This document shows positions 20,487 to 32,479 of a stretch of 64,000 bases of DNA, piece after piece. The DNA lies in the IMG/VR virus record IMGVR_UViG_3300012964_000010, positions 63,321 to 127,320 of that record; one strand, given 5' to 3'. Numbering within the stretch: position 1 is the first letter of the stretch; each line of letters begins with the position of its first letter. A program made the position numbers and the translations under genes. This DNA comes from a virus. The notes below the pieces were generated by a model, which saw nothing but the letters and a program-made list of their open reading frames with translations, made no database searches and was not told the origin of the DNA.

Positions 20487-20930
20487 TCATTTTGGTGCTA
20501 ATACTTTTGGCGACCATAAATGTGTATTCTTGTTCATAAATTCTACATCTTCTACAGACATTGAATTTTTACGACGATTATTGCATGGTTCGCATCCAGG
20601 CCTTAAATTTGCAACATCATTAAATCCGCCGAGACTCACAGGCACAATATGGTCACGCGTCATCATTACTAAAGACTTGCCAGTATGTGCATACAGTTCT
20701 AAAACAGGTGGTTTATTTGTATCTTTCGGGTGATGTTTAAGAATAAATCTGTCAGCCTCTACCCCGCAGTGCCAGCACCTAATTATTACATTATTTTCCC
20801 GACATGTCTTCCAGAGTGCAACACCACTTGGTGCAGAAATTTTTATCCCGTCGACGTTACGTTCGTTTCTCGATTCTGCCAGAACAGCAAAACCTTCATC
20901 GAGGTTTAACTCTTTATAGAATATTAACAT
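20487..20930 (-). CDS. HNH endonuclease
   Basis: CxxC, TRDHIVP.S.GG and NLRPGCEPCN motifs. Confidence 0.75.
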   Translation of the reverse strand: MLIFYKELNLDEGFAVLAESRNERNVDGIKISAPSGVALWKTCRENNVIIRCWHCGVEADRFILKHHPKDTNKPPVLELYAHTGKSLVMMTRDHIVPVSLGGFNDVANLRPGCEPCNNRRKNSMSVEDVEFMNKNTHLWSPKVLAPK

Positions 20931-21440
20931 TTAAATTTCCTTAGGCTCTTGTTTCTTATGATAGGGGTGATCGGGGTGATAGTCGGTCATATCTTTCACT
21001 AAATCGGAAAATCTAAGTTTAAATGCTAATGCACTATGTTCGTCTTCGAAACTGAATGTATACCACCAATTTGACATGGTATAATATTGTTCACTGTAAC
21101 GCCAATGGTCCTTGTCGGTGCCATAATAAAATCGGTAAGATTTGTCAACTTGCTTCATAATCACAGTATCTGTAATATGTCGCTCAATCCATCTACGTAT
21201 ATCAATTCTTAATCCAGACGTGTCGTTGATACGGTCTGAGGGGATTGTAACCATATAGGGAAAAGACGGATTTGGCCATTTATAAAGATATCTATTAGCA
21301 CTACTCGAATAGTATGCATCCTTAAATAGCCATGTTATTTCTGTTTCTGCGATATCTGTAATTAAACGGCCCATAAGTGTAGTATAAAAAAAGAAACCGC
21401 TTATTGCAAGCGGTTTTGCTGAATTAATGAAACTGCTGTA

Positions 21441-21830
21441 TTAAAACAGTGATAGGTGACCAGTAATCTTGTCAATTACCGATGCATCATCTGGCCCGAT
21501 ACCAACCGCAGTCAAAGTCGGAACACCGTCAAATTCAGTTAATCCAGAATCTTTAATAAGAGCTACTGGCAGACCAGCTTTCTGTGCAGAGGTATAGATT
21601 GCCACCAAGTCCTCATCGCTGCTAACCTGAAGAGTTACCTTCTTAAAATTACCCATCACCCATTCTTTTACAAATGGGTTACTAAGTGGAATAATAAGAT
21701 TATCGCCAGTAGAATCCATTTTAGCAAGACTGAATAATGCGCCCATACTTGCGTGCGCTGCCTGAGCGCAGTACTTTCCGTGACGCATTGATTGAAACTT
21801 TCTCATTACAATAACTTGTTTTGATGCCAT
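21441..21830 (-). CDS. pth2: peptidyl-tRNA hydrolase Pth2
   Basis: KQVIVMR, GK..AQAAHAS, KKVTL, I.DSGLTEF and T.TAVGIGP motifs. Confidence 0.92.
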   Translation of the reverse strand: MASKQVIVMRKFQSMRHGKYCAQAAHASMGALFSLAKMDSTGDNLIIPLSNPFVKEWVMGNFKKVTLQVSSDEDLVAIYTSAQKAGLPVALIKDSGLTEFDGVPTLTAVGIGPDDASVIDKITGHLSLF

Positions 21831-22043
21831 AATTATTGATCTTCTCTCCAAAATTTACCACAATCCGGGCAACTAAAATTAATCCAGTAACAATTATCAT
21901 TCGGATCCCAGTTACCGGTATTGCCTTTATATTCCTTTTTAACACCAGTATGGGCACATTCTACCTGCAAATCGTTTATCTGTTGGCGGATTACTTCTGC
22001 CTTTTTAACAAGGCGCCGATATCTGGTGTTAATGCTAATCATA

Positions 22044-22553
22044 TTATACTTTCGAATCTTCGATACCTAATTGAGATGCTGCGTTATTGAAAATGCGATT
22101 ATAGATACCTTTAAAGAATTTGGTGATAGTAGTTTGAATTATCTTGATAATATCACCGGTAATATTTTCAACTATGCTAAATGGCCATACAATCACCCAG
22201 GTGGTAATCTCGTTCAACATCCTGCGAGGACGAAGATATTCAAGTGCATACTTTTTCTGATCGACACTCTTATCTTTATACTGCTCAACAATCTTATCTG
22301 CATGACGCTTATAACGCCAGAAGCTCCAGATAAAACCAATAACAAGATAAATTGCGGCCGAAGTCAATAAAGTTGCAAGAGTAACACTAAAGAAGAAATA
22401 TGCTACCGTAGCAGAAATCAACCCGATAAATACTGCCCATCCGTGTGCTTCGTTAGCCTCAGAGATGATGCCGAGCGCCAATAATCCAATAAGGCAGGGC
22501 CAATTAAGCATCCAACCTGCAAAAAATGCAAAAAATGCAAAAATAACAGTCAT
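22044..22553 (-). CDS. membrane protein
   Basis: Several hydrophobic segments. Confidence 0.55.
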   Translation of the reverse strand: MTVIFAFFAFFAGWMLNWPCLIGLLALGIISEANEAHGWAVFIGLISATVAYFFFSVTLATLLTSAAIYLVIGFIWSFWRYKRHADKIVEQYKDKSVDQKKYALEYLRPRRMLNEITTWVIVWPFSIVENITGDIIKIIQTTITKFFKGIYNRIFNNAASQLGIEDSKV

Positions 22554-23797
22554 ATTTTTCTTTCTTCAATTAAATTTATAGAATAGACTTATACAGTGCC
22601 CCGGTCGCAACAAATCCGCGTTTCCAGGTCCATTCATCGAGGACAAGCTGATTGAATATATCTTCTTCAACTTCAATGACTTCCTCAACTGATAATTCCA
22701 ACATACGAATAGCACGCTTATAACTATCCTCATATGAGGTTGGCTTAATAGGCATGCCCTTAGATGGAATCAACTTATCCATATCTCCTTCTTCAGCTAA
22801 CTTAAGATTCTGTTTTGCTATCTTGACATTAGCCTCGGCGATCTTAACGGAAAGAGTCTTATAGTCTTCAACAGACTCATTAAATTCTGCAACATGCTTT
22901 GCCATGTTTTCACAAACAATGCCCAGCAATTGCAAACGATTAATTTTTACTGCGTTCATAACATTCCTTTTAATATCTCGCATACGTGTATCTTTCAATA
23001 TGAAAAATAAAATATTATTATCTTATTCCCTACAATAAAAGTATATACGAATATTAAAAATTTGTCAATTATTGAATAAGAGCAGCGATTATTATGAATT
23101 CTTCGATAGAATCGATATCTTCTTCTATCTGTGCAAGAAGTTTTAAAACATTATTGCTATGACCGCGTCTTTCTAAAACTTCTTCCTTTGACAATTCGGT
23201 TATTACCTTACCGAGATTATCAATCATGCGATTTATTTGTACACGATTACTGCTGATCCTAATTTTTGTACGGACCTGCTTTCTTAATGTAGTTTCAATA
23301 TTAGCCCAATCAAGGCTTGTTTTTATCTTCATGTGCCGAAGCATCAAGTTCAGCTTTTGCATGTGCTGCTGCTTGAGTTTTTAGCTTATCATATTCGGAT
23401 GTATAAACCCACGCAAGAAATGCAGTAGCTGCGGAGGCCAAGATGGTAGCAGCAGCGGTAGCAAGAATCTTATTAATTAACGCTTTCTTCGCTTTGCTAT
23501 CTTCGGCCATTTGAACAAAGTTATTATGGTGTCTAATGTGAACTTCCGGGGTGATACCAATAAAGTGGGTCTGAATATCAGCAACTAATTCCTTAGTTTC
23601 ATGAATGCAACGGTGTAGATGTTTCATATCCTCCCGATTTTCTTCCAGCAAAGATAGAATTGTGTAATTCAGATTTCTTCTGTCTTGCGGTTGTTGCGAA
23701 TCTTGCATGTTTTCTCCCAAATACTTTATTATGAATATTTATCGAAAATAACAGAAAGATGTTAATTGGGTTTTATTTTAATGCGTTGCAGTATAAT

Positions 23798-23881
23798 TGG
23801 TGCCCTGGGCGAGATTCGAACTCGCAACCCTTTCGGGGACGGCTTCTTAGACCGCTATGTAAACCGTTCCATCACCAGGGC
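23798..23881 (-). tRNA. tRNA-Leu(AAG)
   Basis: GCGGT-CTAAGAA-GCCGT, long variable arm, CCA end; A34. Confidence 0.85.
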
Positions 23882-23889
23882 ATTATCTA

Positions 23890-23962
23890 TGGTTGCGTAC
23901 CCCTGATTCGAACAGGTCCTACGGGTTATGAGCCCGGCGTGCTACCTTCACACTCGGCCGCG
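23890..23962 (-). tRNA. initiator-type tRNA-fMet(CAT)
   Basis: C1:A72 mismatch, GGG/CCC anticodon stem, loop CTCATAA. Confidence 0.8.
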
Positions 23963-24030
23963 ATATCTTTGGTAGTTATGTAACGCATATACCTTGCGGA
24001 TCAAGCAAATTCCAGATCACGATTAAAACA

Positions 24031-24104
24031 TGGTGCTCCTACCGAGAATTGAACTCAGAATTCAGTCTTACCAAGACTGTGTTATACCACTTAACTATAG
24101 GAGC
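24031..24104 (-). tRNA. tRNA-Thr(GGT)
   Basis: Loop TTGGTAA. Confidence 0.88.
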
Positions 24105-24758
24105 AATTACTTATTTATCAAAATATAAGATGATAACGATAATGATAATAAAACAGTAGTAATAATTACTAATATTATTGTTTGGCCAGCGTTACGATTC
24201 AACGCGTGACATACTGCATTTATTATTCTGCGTCTTTAGACTTGCTGCCCTTGGAACGCATTGCTTGGCGACGCGCATCCTCGGCAGAAAGTTCAGCTTG
24301 AATCATTGCAGATTTAAAATTGTATCGGCGATCGGCGTTTTTCGTCAGCGCAACCATGCGCTTCGTTTGCTTAGTCATCCTAAAATTCTTATCCGGTTTA
24401 TTCATGTATCTTTTCTTTCTTTACGAATTTGTTGATTTATGTGTTTTCTAACTGTACCGACTTGCTCTCTAAGATTGCGATTACTCTTTTCCTGCGCATC
24501 TTGTCTCTTGTTAATCTGTATTATAGCATTGTTCATCTCATTAAGTCTACCATTACCGCTATCTTCGGACTGTCTGGGTTTAAGCATGTTTTGAGTGATG
24601 GTGATTATTACCTTATCTTCCTGTGGGAAGAACATTCTCGATTTTACACGATATTCCTCGTCCTCTACAACCACTGTATCACCGACTGAGGCCGTATACG
24701 TGGAAGTACCCCAGTAAACACCGTTTCCGTATTCGTCTTCGTATATTATTATCATATA

Positions 24759-25202
24759 TTATCCATACTGAGGTAATCCCCTAGATTTACGACCATTACC
24801 ATAATTTTTAGCGCCAAATGTAGGAGACTGACTATCACAGTTAGGGCAAATTAACCTAAAGTTGGTAGGATTATTGTTAGATGCATTACCATCTATATGG
24901 TCTGTCCATAGTGTTATGTCTTTACCATTCCAAGAATCAATTCCGCAGCAGCTACACCTATAACCGTCTCGCCTAATTAAGAATTTTCTAATAAGCACTC
25001 TGGGATTCTTAAGTCCCAAATCCTTACCTGCTAGCCAATCTTCATATAAACGATCTTCTCTTTCAGTCTTCTTCTTTGATACAGTATCGTACATGCATCT
25101 CAATGTGCAATAGGTGTGTGTATCACTATAACCTTTAAAGCTAAAAGATTGTCGACAACCTTTGCAGATATAAGTCTTATCTTTTATTCCTCGATTATTC
25201 AT
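24759..25202 (-). CDS. HNH endonuclease
   Basis: DHIDG...NN...NFRLICPNCDSQ motif. Confidence 0.85.
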   Translation of the reverse strand: MNNRGIKDKTYICKGCRQSFSFKGYSDTHTYCTLRCMYDTVSKKKTEREDRLYEDWLAGKDLGLKNPRVLIRKFLIRRDGYRCSCCGIDSWNGKDITLWTDHIDGNASNNNPTNFRLICPNCDSQSPTFGAKNYGNGRKSRGLPQYG

Positions 25203-25210
25203 TCTTGCCT

Positions 25211-25289
25211 TGGCTCCGCATCTGGGATTCGAACCCAGCTAATCATTGATTAACAGTCAAGTCCGTGCGCCTAGCTCGGATTCTGCGGA
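25211..25289 (-). tRNA. tRNA-Asn(GTT)
   Basis: Loop CTGTTAA. Confidence 0.85.
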
Positions 25290-25295
25290 ATATCT

Positions 25296-25369
25296 TGGTG
25301 GAGGATGAGAGAATCGAACTCTCAACCATAGCTTGCAAAGCTATTGTTATCCCATTTAACTAATCCCCC
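25296..25369 (-). tRNA. tRNA-Ala(TGC)
   Basis: Loop TTTGCAA, G-rich acceptor 5' strand. Confidence 0.88.
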
Positions 25370-27384
25370 AAAATTCTACTCTATAAAATAACACTTACCT
25401 TGTTTAAATAAAACTTCTTTGGCTTCTGTTATCTTCTTTCCATTGCAGGTAAAATGATCTGCAATATAAGGATTATATGTTATTACTTCTAATCCGTCAA
25501 TGTCTTTGTTGCCTGCGAATGTATATTTATCCGATACCGCGTAAGCGTGAACATTTTTTCTCTTTTCGTCGATCACACGTTGGCGCCCGATATTGCTAAC
25601 CTTAAACACAACATCTTCTGCTATAAAATGATCATCTCTACCGATTACCCGACCTCTTTGCTTAATCGAGAAACCACCGGTATGAAGATTACGATAAATG
25701 TAGAACTTTGCAGTGCTCATTTATCTAACCTAAAGTATTCAGCCTTTGTTAATCTGATAAGTTGATCATCGGGCTCCCAACACGACATATCAATACACTC
25801 CTTCAGTGATAAATTTCCCGGCATTTCCCAATAACCAAATCTATCAGTAATGCTCAACTCTTTCTCAGGCACCTTGGAGAGATCAATATACCGAATCTTC
25901 CAGCTACTGTCATCGCCCCACACACATCCACAAAGAAATCCAAAGTTACAGAATTTTATATCATCTGTTGCACCGTTATCAACTGATTCTTTAATAAATT
26001 CATCATCGTCTTTGTAATCGCAATCTACATAGACGAAGGTGTAATCGTGAACTTTATCGTGGCCCGATTTATACTTTGGCACATAAATCTCAACCGGACA
26101 GAATCCACTGCCGGAGGGTACTTCGCCACACCAATCTTCGATTCTATCTTCGTGAAGTTTCATAATACGAGTGGCAGTATAGTTGGCACTATATAGTGCA
26201 TACCATTCTTGATTAATACAAAATGGGTAAAAAGTCAACGCAGCAAAATCATGGTAATTGCGTAGATATTCGCCGATTAACTTATTGTCGCGAAAGATTG
26301 AAACTTTAGTTGAATTCCATGTGCCCGGTGTATTTTGTATAGACTCTGTTTCTATACGAAACGGTGTCCCGAAATAAGACTTATTATGTAATTTTTCCAT
26401 TATTTTGTAGTTAGATAAGATTTCATCGCCACCGCACTGAAAAATCTGTCATCCTTCTTAAATCTCTTATTGTTTAAGTAAAACGGCTTCAATACGATAT
26501 CACCGTTACACCAATCTCTTTCTGTTTTTATGTAACCTTCTTTTTCTAATCTATTTCTAAATACAGTAAATTCTGGATGATCTTCATAATGTATCATTGT
26601 CATCGAAGGAGTAGTATCTGCTAACTTTCTCACAAGAAAATCCTCTGATGATTCATTGTTGCGCTGGAGTAGTCGGTATGACATTTTTACCATAACATCT
26701 GTTATGTATCTCTCATTGATAAGAAATCTTGGAAGTTTCATAATAAAATTTAGGTGAGTGTTTTGCTCTTCGGTCATTTAGCTACACGGCGGCTCAAACG
26801 GTTTTCGTTAGGTTGTATACCCTACTCTACTTTGCCACACCTTGCCTGATTCATTGCCCATTTTCCCAACACCCGGGAGGAGATATATTAAGACAGGAAT
26901 AGAGACAGGTAATTCTTTATGTCCACCTACATATTCCACCGGCATATCTCTTTCTTGGCTGCCTTCTACCTAATAAATCAATAAGATTCTAATAGCTGTT
27001 TCTTTCTTAGTTCAGCCTGTTGCTTTTTTTCTTCTTTTTCTAAAGCGTGGATGGCTTCGTGCTCTTTCTTTTCAAAGAGCCTTTGTGTTGCCAGGAGTTG
27101 AAAATCTTCCTGCCATTTTCCCTCGTGTAACCAACCATACGTCTCAGTCCAACCAGGTTGCCCACCTATGATACCATATACTTCAACGGCATCTTTATTA
27201 AGTGGCGGATTAAATCGACTATTCGGTATTGCTTTTTCGTCCTCTGGTAAAACATAGATACGAAATGTTTTGCCGCGAGCGTGATAACCAGAAACAATGT
27301 ACAATCTGTCAATTTGCCCTGTAGAAAACAGTTCAGAGTATTCTCTTGCGCCTTGCATGTATGTCTTTCTGTAAACTTAAAAAA

Positions 27385-27654
27385 TCAATAAAATCTCTTG
27401 ATTAAATGAAAGCCAAACTGTGTTTCGATTGGTCCGCTTGTATTACCGACATCTAATGCAAAAACTGCATCTTCAAACGGTTTAACCATTTGACCTCGGT
27501 CAAAGAAACCAAGGTGACCGCCCCGTTGTCCACTCGGACATTTGCTAATTTCCCGGGCAAGAGAGTGAAAATCTTCGCCGGCAATTAATCTTCTCTGTGC
27601 TTCAAGTGCTTCTGCCAGGGTGGGTACAAGAATATGGGCTGCATTAACTTTCAT
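27385..27654 (-). CDS. ppiC: parvulin-type peptidyl-prolyl isomerase
   Basis: AAHILV, LAREISKCPSGQRGGHLG.F.RGQMVKPFE and TQFGFHLIK motifs; start trimmed to MKVNAAH. Confidence 0.92.
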   Translation of the reverse strand: MKVNAAHILVPTLAEALEAQRRLIAGEDFHSLAREISKCPSGQRGGHLGFFDRGQMVKPFEDAVFALDVGNTSGPIETQFGFHLIKRFY

Positions 27655-27672
27655 TGGTGATCCTAAAATAAA

Positions 27673-27751
27673 TGGTCGGAGATGAGGGATTTGAACTCTC
27701 ATTATTCCTCGTCCCAAACGAGGTGCCATAACCAGGTTAGGCGAATCTCCG
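27673..27751 (-). tRNA. tRNA-Pro(TGG)
   Basis: CCTCG-TTTGGGA-CGAGG. Confidence 0.88.
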
Positions 27752-28318
27752 AATAAATTCTTCTACATACTTATCGATTATATCCATTACTTCATCTTTA
27801 TATCGACTATGCACATATTGATGATGTGTTGGACATAACGGAACTAAATTTTCTATCCTATCATCGTCGTGGTCCTCATTGTAATGATGGACTGCAACGA
27901 TTTTATCTTCTTTACAGACTACACATTCTTTCTTGTGCTGTGTAAAGCACAGAGACTGATATCGTTCTCCAGACCAGTTTCCGTTATTTATACCAGACCT
28001 AAAATGTTTATTAGCGCAACTTCGGGAACAAGTTCCTTTGCTATTCTTATAATCCTTAATGGGCTTTTCACAAACTGCACACTTTATTAAATTTACCGGA
28101 TTTAAAAAACACGATTTTTCATGCTTCTTAATATTATTACAAATTACATCTGTCTTACAGTATTTACATTCAACATTATACAGTCTTTTGGCAAAATCTG
28201 CAGGTTTCACATGCCCTTTATAGGACAAATGTGCCTTAAGAGCCTTCTCACTCTTATATACCTTACCATTCTTAGGACTTGTGTATGTCCCATCAGTATT
28301 CTTATATTCTTGCATCAA
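27737..28318 (-). CDS. HNH endonuclease with zinc fingers
   Basis: VHHYNEDHDDDRIENLVPLCPTHH motif; 3' end overlaps tRNA-Pro. Confidence 0.8.
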   Translation of the reverse strand: MMQEYKNTDGTYTSPKNGKVYKSEKALKAHLSYKGHVKPADFAKRLYNVECKYCKTDVICNNIKKHEKSCFLNPVNLIKCAVCEKPIKDYKNSKGTCSRSCANKHFRSGINNGNWSGERYQSLCFTQHKKECVVCKEDKIVAVHHYNEDHDDDRIENLVPLCPTHHQYVHSRYKDEVMDIIDKYVEEFIRRFA

Positions 28319-28364
28319 CTATTTATGCTCTGTGCATAAGTTTTGCTCAAATACTGAACACTGA

Positions 28365-28762
28365 CCAAAAATTTCTGCTCGTCTAAAGTATCCAACCACT
28401 TCAGGCTAACGGTTCGGCCCCCGATATGTTTTTTGCTTCCATGGAAAGAACGGTGTTACTATTCACCCGGGTTATCCCTTAGTGGATCCCACGAAACTGC
28501 TGGACGAGTATAGTATAGCCCAGTCATATACTACTTCGATTAACGTCTCGAAACCCGACGGGTATACATCACGCAATATACCGGTGCGTGGATTCTATGT
28601 TCGAAACAATATTCGAGGCTGTTTCTAACGCTTCAACTCGCGAATCATTTTTAGTGCCATGACTAAGGCAGTTGCATGAGTTGCCACTATGTCCCTTGTT
28701 TAAAGAACCGGTGACTTAGTTCTACCGAAACATTTTTACACCAGTTCGGCATCGGTGCGAAT
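28365..28762 (-). ncRNA. putative ~400-nt structured RNA
   Basis: ORF-free, GC-richer block with many short inverted repeats between tRNA-Val and an HNH gene. Confidence 0.45.
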
Positions 28763-28765
28763 AGT

Positions 28766-28839
28766 TGGTACCTCGTTGGAGAATTGAACTCCCGTATCCA
28801 CCGTGTAAGGATGGCGTTCTACCATTAAACTACCGAGGC
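28766..28839 (-). tRNA. tRNA-Val(TAC)
   Basis: Loop CTTACAC. Confidence 0.88.
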
Positions 28840-29283
28840 TTTATATTCTTGCAAATACTTATTTCGTTTTGTTACTTTCTTGTATCTATTACCCTGCCCT
28901 TTGCTGCCAAAGAATTCTGTCTGTGTATGGCAATTTGGACAAAGTAATTTTAAATTTTGTGGTATGTTATTGTCACTGTTACCGTCAGTGTGTTCTAATT
29001 GTAATGTAAGTGGTTTGTCTTGCCAAGTGGCACCAAGCCCACATTCAAAACATTTCTCACCAAACTTTTCTGCCAGATACTTTTTTAAGGCGTCGGGACC
29101 GTCGCACTCACCGCGTTCAATCCTTGGTACAGTCTCTGTATACCATCTATATGCCCCATGGCATACATTACCACAAAACTTATTTGCTTTGCTCCGGCCC
29201 CAGTCATTCACACTGTTACAATGTAAACAATTGTATTTCTTGTTACTTCCTTTTATTCCACTCGGCATATCATAGACCTCCAC
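28825..29283 (-). CDS. HNH endonuclease
   Basis: LQLEHTDGNSDNN..QNLKLLCPNCHTQT motif; 3' end overlaps tRNA-Val. Confidence 0.85.
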   Translation of the reverse strand: MEVYDMPSGIKGSNKKYNCLHCNSVNDWGRSKANKFCGNVCHGAYRWYTETVPRIERGECDGPDALKKYLAEKFGEKCFECGLGATWQDKPLTLQLEHTDGNSDNNIPQNLKLLCPNCHTQTEFFGSKGQGNRYKKVTKRNKYLQEYKASVV

Positions 29284-29942
29284 CAGTATTTATCGGTGGC
29301 CTATGATTTATGTCTCTATTTTACCCTTTATTATCGCTGCTGTCAACTCTACCTCGTCCAACACACCACCTAATAAAGTAATGCTCGATATAGATTCGTA
29401 TATCTCAGTCATTTCCCAACTTCCATTAGCAAAAACAAAATCCATATGTCTCACTGGGCCCGAGAGGCTACACCATCCCCATGTGATATAGTTATTATCT
29501 ATTGCAGCCTTAAGTGACGGAAGATATTTTCTCGGAAAACCATTACACGAGATGCTATCCAGGTTGGCTGGCCAAGCTATTAAACCTTACCTTCCAATCT
29601 CAGCACTAAAAAATCATCCTCGTCGAATTCTCCTTCTCCTTCGCAGAATTCACAGGATTCCCAGCATTCTGTATATCCAGAAGGATAAAGCCTTGCAATC
29701 ATTACTTCTCCCGTACCATAACATTCAGGACAATCGTGCTTTTTCATATTCATAAGGTGTTGTAGTTTATCGAAATCTCCGGACCGTGTGGGTGCATCGA
29801 TAACACTTGCAGGCCTTTCACCTACCCAGATATATTGTTTCCAATAGTGACCATTGCTTCCGCCAGACAAAAACTACAACAATGTATTTAAATCAATGTG
29901 CATGCCATTCAATTAAAAATTGAATTTCTCTATTCCATAAAT

Positions 29943-30043
29943 TGGTTGGCGCAAGTGAAATCGCATCACCAAGCCCGATTATGTCTTCTGCGCATTATGC
30001 ACAAAACCGGCTGAGGCTTCCTCAGTACCTAGGATATACGCCA
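29943..30043 (-). ncRNA. tRNA-like RNA with non-canonical core
   Basis: Acceptor TGGCGTA/TGCGCCA plus ACCA, T-like arm GGTGA-TGCGATT-TCACT, branched middle. Confidence 0.55.
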
Positions 30044-30048
30044 TTATG

Positions 30049-30133
30049 TGGTGCCCCAGAGGAGACTCGAACTCCTACGCCTTTCGGTGCTGGAACCTAA
30101 ATCCAGTGCGTCTACCAATTCCGCCACCGGGGC
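30049..30133 (-). tRNA. tRNA-Leu(TAG)
   Basis: CTGGA-TTTAGGT-TCCAG, long variable arm. Confidence 0.93.
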
Positions 30134-30167
30134 AAATACAACACTAATTATAGTGCGCTATCACTAT

Positions 30168-30362
30168 TTATGCAACCTTATCTTTATTTCTTTCTTCCCA
30201 TGAGATATTGGTAATAGTGCAGGTTTCATCGCCATTGACATGAAAATCGAGGGTGTCTCCTTCACGCCAATCCATTTGTTTCATCATTTCTTCCGAAAAT
30301 GGTAAAACGGCATTACCTTCCTCATCTTCCTCAACTGTTACTACCCATTTATTTGAGTCCAT
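30168..30362 (-). CDS. AbrB/MazE-like small protein
   Basis: LPF.EE....MDWREGDTLDF pattern. Confidence 0.55.
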   Translation of the reverse strand: MDSNKWVVTVEEDEEGNAVLPFSEEMMKQMDWREGDTLDFHVNGDETCTITNISWEERNKDKVA

Positions 30363-31516
30363 AAAACCTCTTTATATCATCCTTCTATAGTTTGCTAATT
30401 CCATTATTGTCCCATTCTATCTGGATTAATTGTCCAACTATATTCAATATCAATCTTACGTAAACGCTCAACCTCATTTGCGGCTTCTTCGAGCAAATCT
30501 GCCAACCGATCTTCTTTCCCTTCTTGCACACTTTTTCGTGAAGGTATCTGGCGACGTATCTCGGCACGTTTGCGAAGACGGTAGACTAAATCTTGTTCAT
30601 TCATTTTTTAATTCCGATGTCAACGCCAAATACTTCTTCCAAATCCCAGATAGCATCGCTGGTCTGTTCATTGCCTTCGCCTGTTACTAAAACTTTCACA
30701 CATTCAGCAACAATCAATTCAGCAAACTTTTCCAATGCACCAGATATTTCTGTGTACGGATAAACTTCAGCGGATTTATTCACCACGGGTTTGACAACAC
30801 GCCCGATTCTTGCCTCGATTATAAGTTCTTTAATTCGTTCATTCATATATGGACTCTTGCCAATTTTCCATTTGTGCATCAGTGAGCTCATGGTATACAA
30901 TGTAGTCAAACCCGTTACACGCTTCTAAAATTTTATGCAGGTCTCGTGGGCTAATACTATGCCCTTCCCACACCGATTCACCATCCCATGCCACAACTGT
31001 CCAATCGCACGAGCCTAGGCTATTGGTTATAACTCTTACACCTGTTGTCATCATTCTTCTCCAAAGATTGCACGGCCTGCTTTAGGTGGAAAAGTATTAC
31101 CCCAATCGGCTATATGCTGTTCATCGTCGGTTTGATTTTCACCTTTTGCTGATCCGATGTAATACTTGATACCATCATACTCGGTCTGTACCTTAACAAT
31201 GCCGATATATCCAAACCAGGTCGAATTTAATATCTTATTCATCCTGCAGTATCTGCAGCGATTTCTGTTTCGCCGCTCATGTTTCTGACCTTATTCTTTA
31301 GCCTATCTGCGATCAGATCAGCTTCATCATATTCCATAACTACCTGGCCGACCTGATACTTTGAACGTCTCTCAACTGCTCTTTTCACAAAGTTCTCAGC
31401 TTCATATTGAGCTCTAAATTTTGCAACCGTTCTCCAAAATGAAAAGAACGAAGATTCATTCTTCCTCTTGACAACAAAAGGCGTTTCGTCGCTTCTTCCA
31501 ATAACAATCTTGTATT

Positions 31517-31909
31517 TCATCTATTAATTATCCTATGCGGTTTATTTTGTTTCTTTGAATAACGAATTGTATACCATGTGCCACTCTTTGCTTCTTCAAG
31601 GTCCCGCAATGGCGCACCGATAAGATATTCTGTTTCATCTACGATATTTCTATCTCTAACCAGATATTCAAATGGTTGGCGGAATTCGTTGCCTTGCTTA
31701 TAAGCACGCATATATGTCCGGTTTGGTGGATGTATAATAATCTTTACCTGCGGAAAGAATTCTCGCACAATGTCGTGTGCTTCAGCATCTGCACCCAAGC
31801 AATCACCATGATGAAACTCAGTTGGGTTAAGTTCAGATAACAGAAGAACAAGCTGTTCTTTCTGATGCTGATTCATTCCTTCACGAGTACCGGTAAATCC
31901 TACTTTCAT
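31517..31909 (-). CDS. SLOG superfamily protein
   Basis: VGFTGTR, HHGDC.GADAEAH, RDRNIVD and SGTWYTIRY motifs. Confidence 0.7.
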   Translation of the reverse strand: MKVGFTGTREGMNQHQKEQLVLLLSELNPTEFHHGDCLGADAEAHDIVREFFPQVKIIIHPPNRTYMRAYKQGNEFRQPFEYLVRDRNIVDETEYLIGAPLRDLEEAKSGTWYTIRYSKKQNKPHRIINR

Positions 31910-31949
31910 GATATCGATTATCTATTTGCGTATTCTGTGCACTTACATT

Positions 31950-32432
31950 TTAAGGTAAAGGTGCAATGATGTCAATTAGAAGTTGTGCATTGTACCGATC
32001 AATAAAAAAGGACGGAGATTTAATTTCTCCGTAATATCTGTACCAATTGGGTTTTTCATTAAGTTTAGAAGATATTCGATTGATACTTAATTCAATTTCT
32101 TTTCGAGAAGGTGTCCAAGGATAGCGAACAAGAGGATATGGCACATTATCAAATATAGACGAATCACGAATGGTAATATTAAAATTTCGTTTTAATAATT
32201 CTTCAGTAAGCCTATCGTAACGTTCTTTAATAAACGCTATCTTGTTATAGAAGAATCGTACATGCCCAGTTCCAAACACATATTCAAATGAACTGTTTTC
32301 AGAGAAATTTATACCACAGTATGCATTATATGCTTTTGTTGCTGCGGTAGGAATTCTGGCAATCTCTCTCCATTCAGCAAAAAGATGCTGATCGGCCAGG
32401 TCTTCGACCTCTACTAAATTAATACGTGTCAT
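31950..32432 (-). CDS. denV: pyrimidine dimer DNA glycosylase (endonuclease V)
   Basis: MTRINLV...LADQHLFAEWREI.RI and GTGHVRFFYNK motifs. Confidence 0.92.
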   Translation of the reverse strand: MTRINLVEVEDLADQHLFAEWREIARIPTAATKAYNAYCGINFSENSSFEYVFGTGHVRFFYNKIAFIKERYDRLTEELLKRNFNITIRDSSIFDNVPYPLVRYPWTPSRKEIELSINRISSKLNEKPNWYRYYGEIKSPSFFIDRYNAQLLIDIIAPLP

Positions 32433-32479
32433 GTTTTTCCTTACCGCCCCATTGCAATTTAAATAGGACAGCATCTGTT

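Noticed and set aside
27655-27729. N-terminal extension of the parvulin ORF
   Set aside because: Overlaps tRNA-Pro; the real start is the ATG at 27654
28365-28762. RNase P RNA or group I intron
   Set aside because: No GAGGAAAGUCC signature and no interrupted host gene on the flanks
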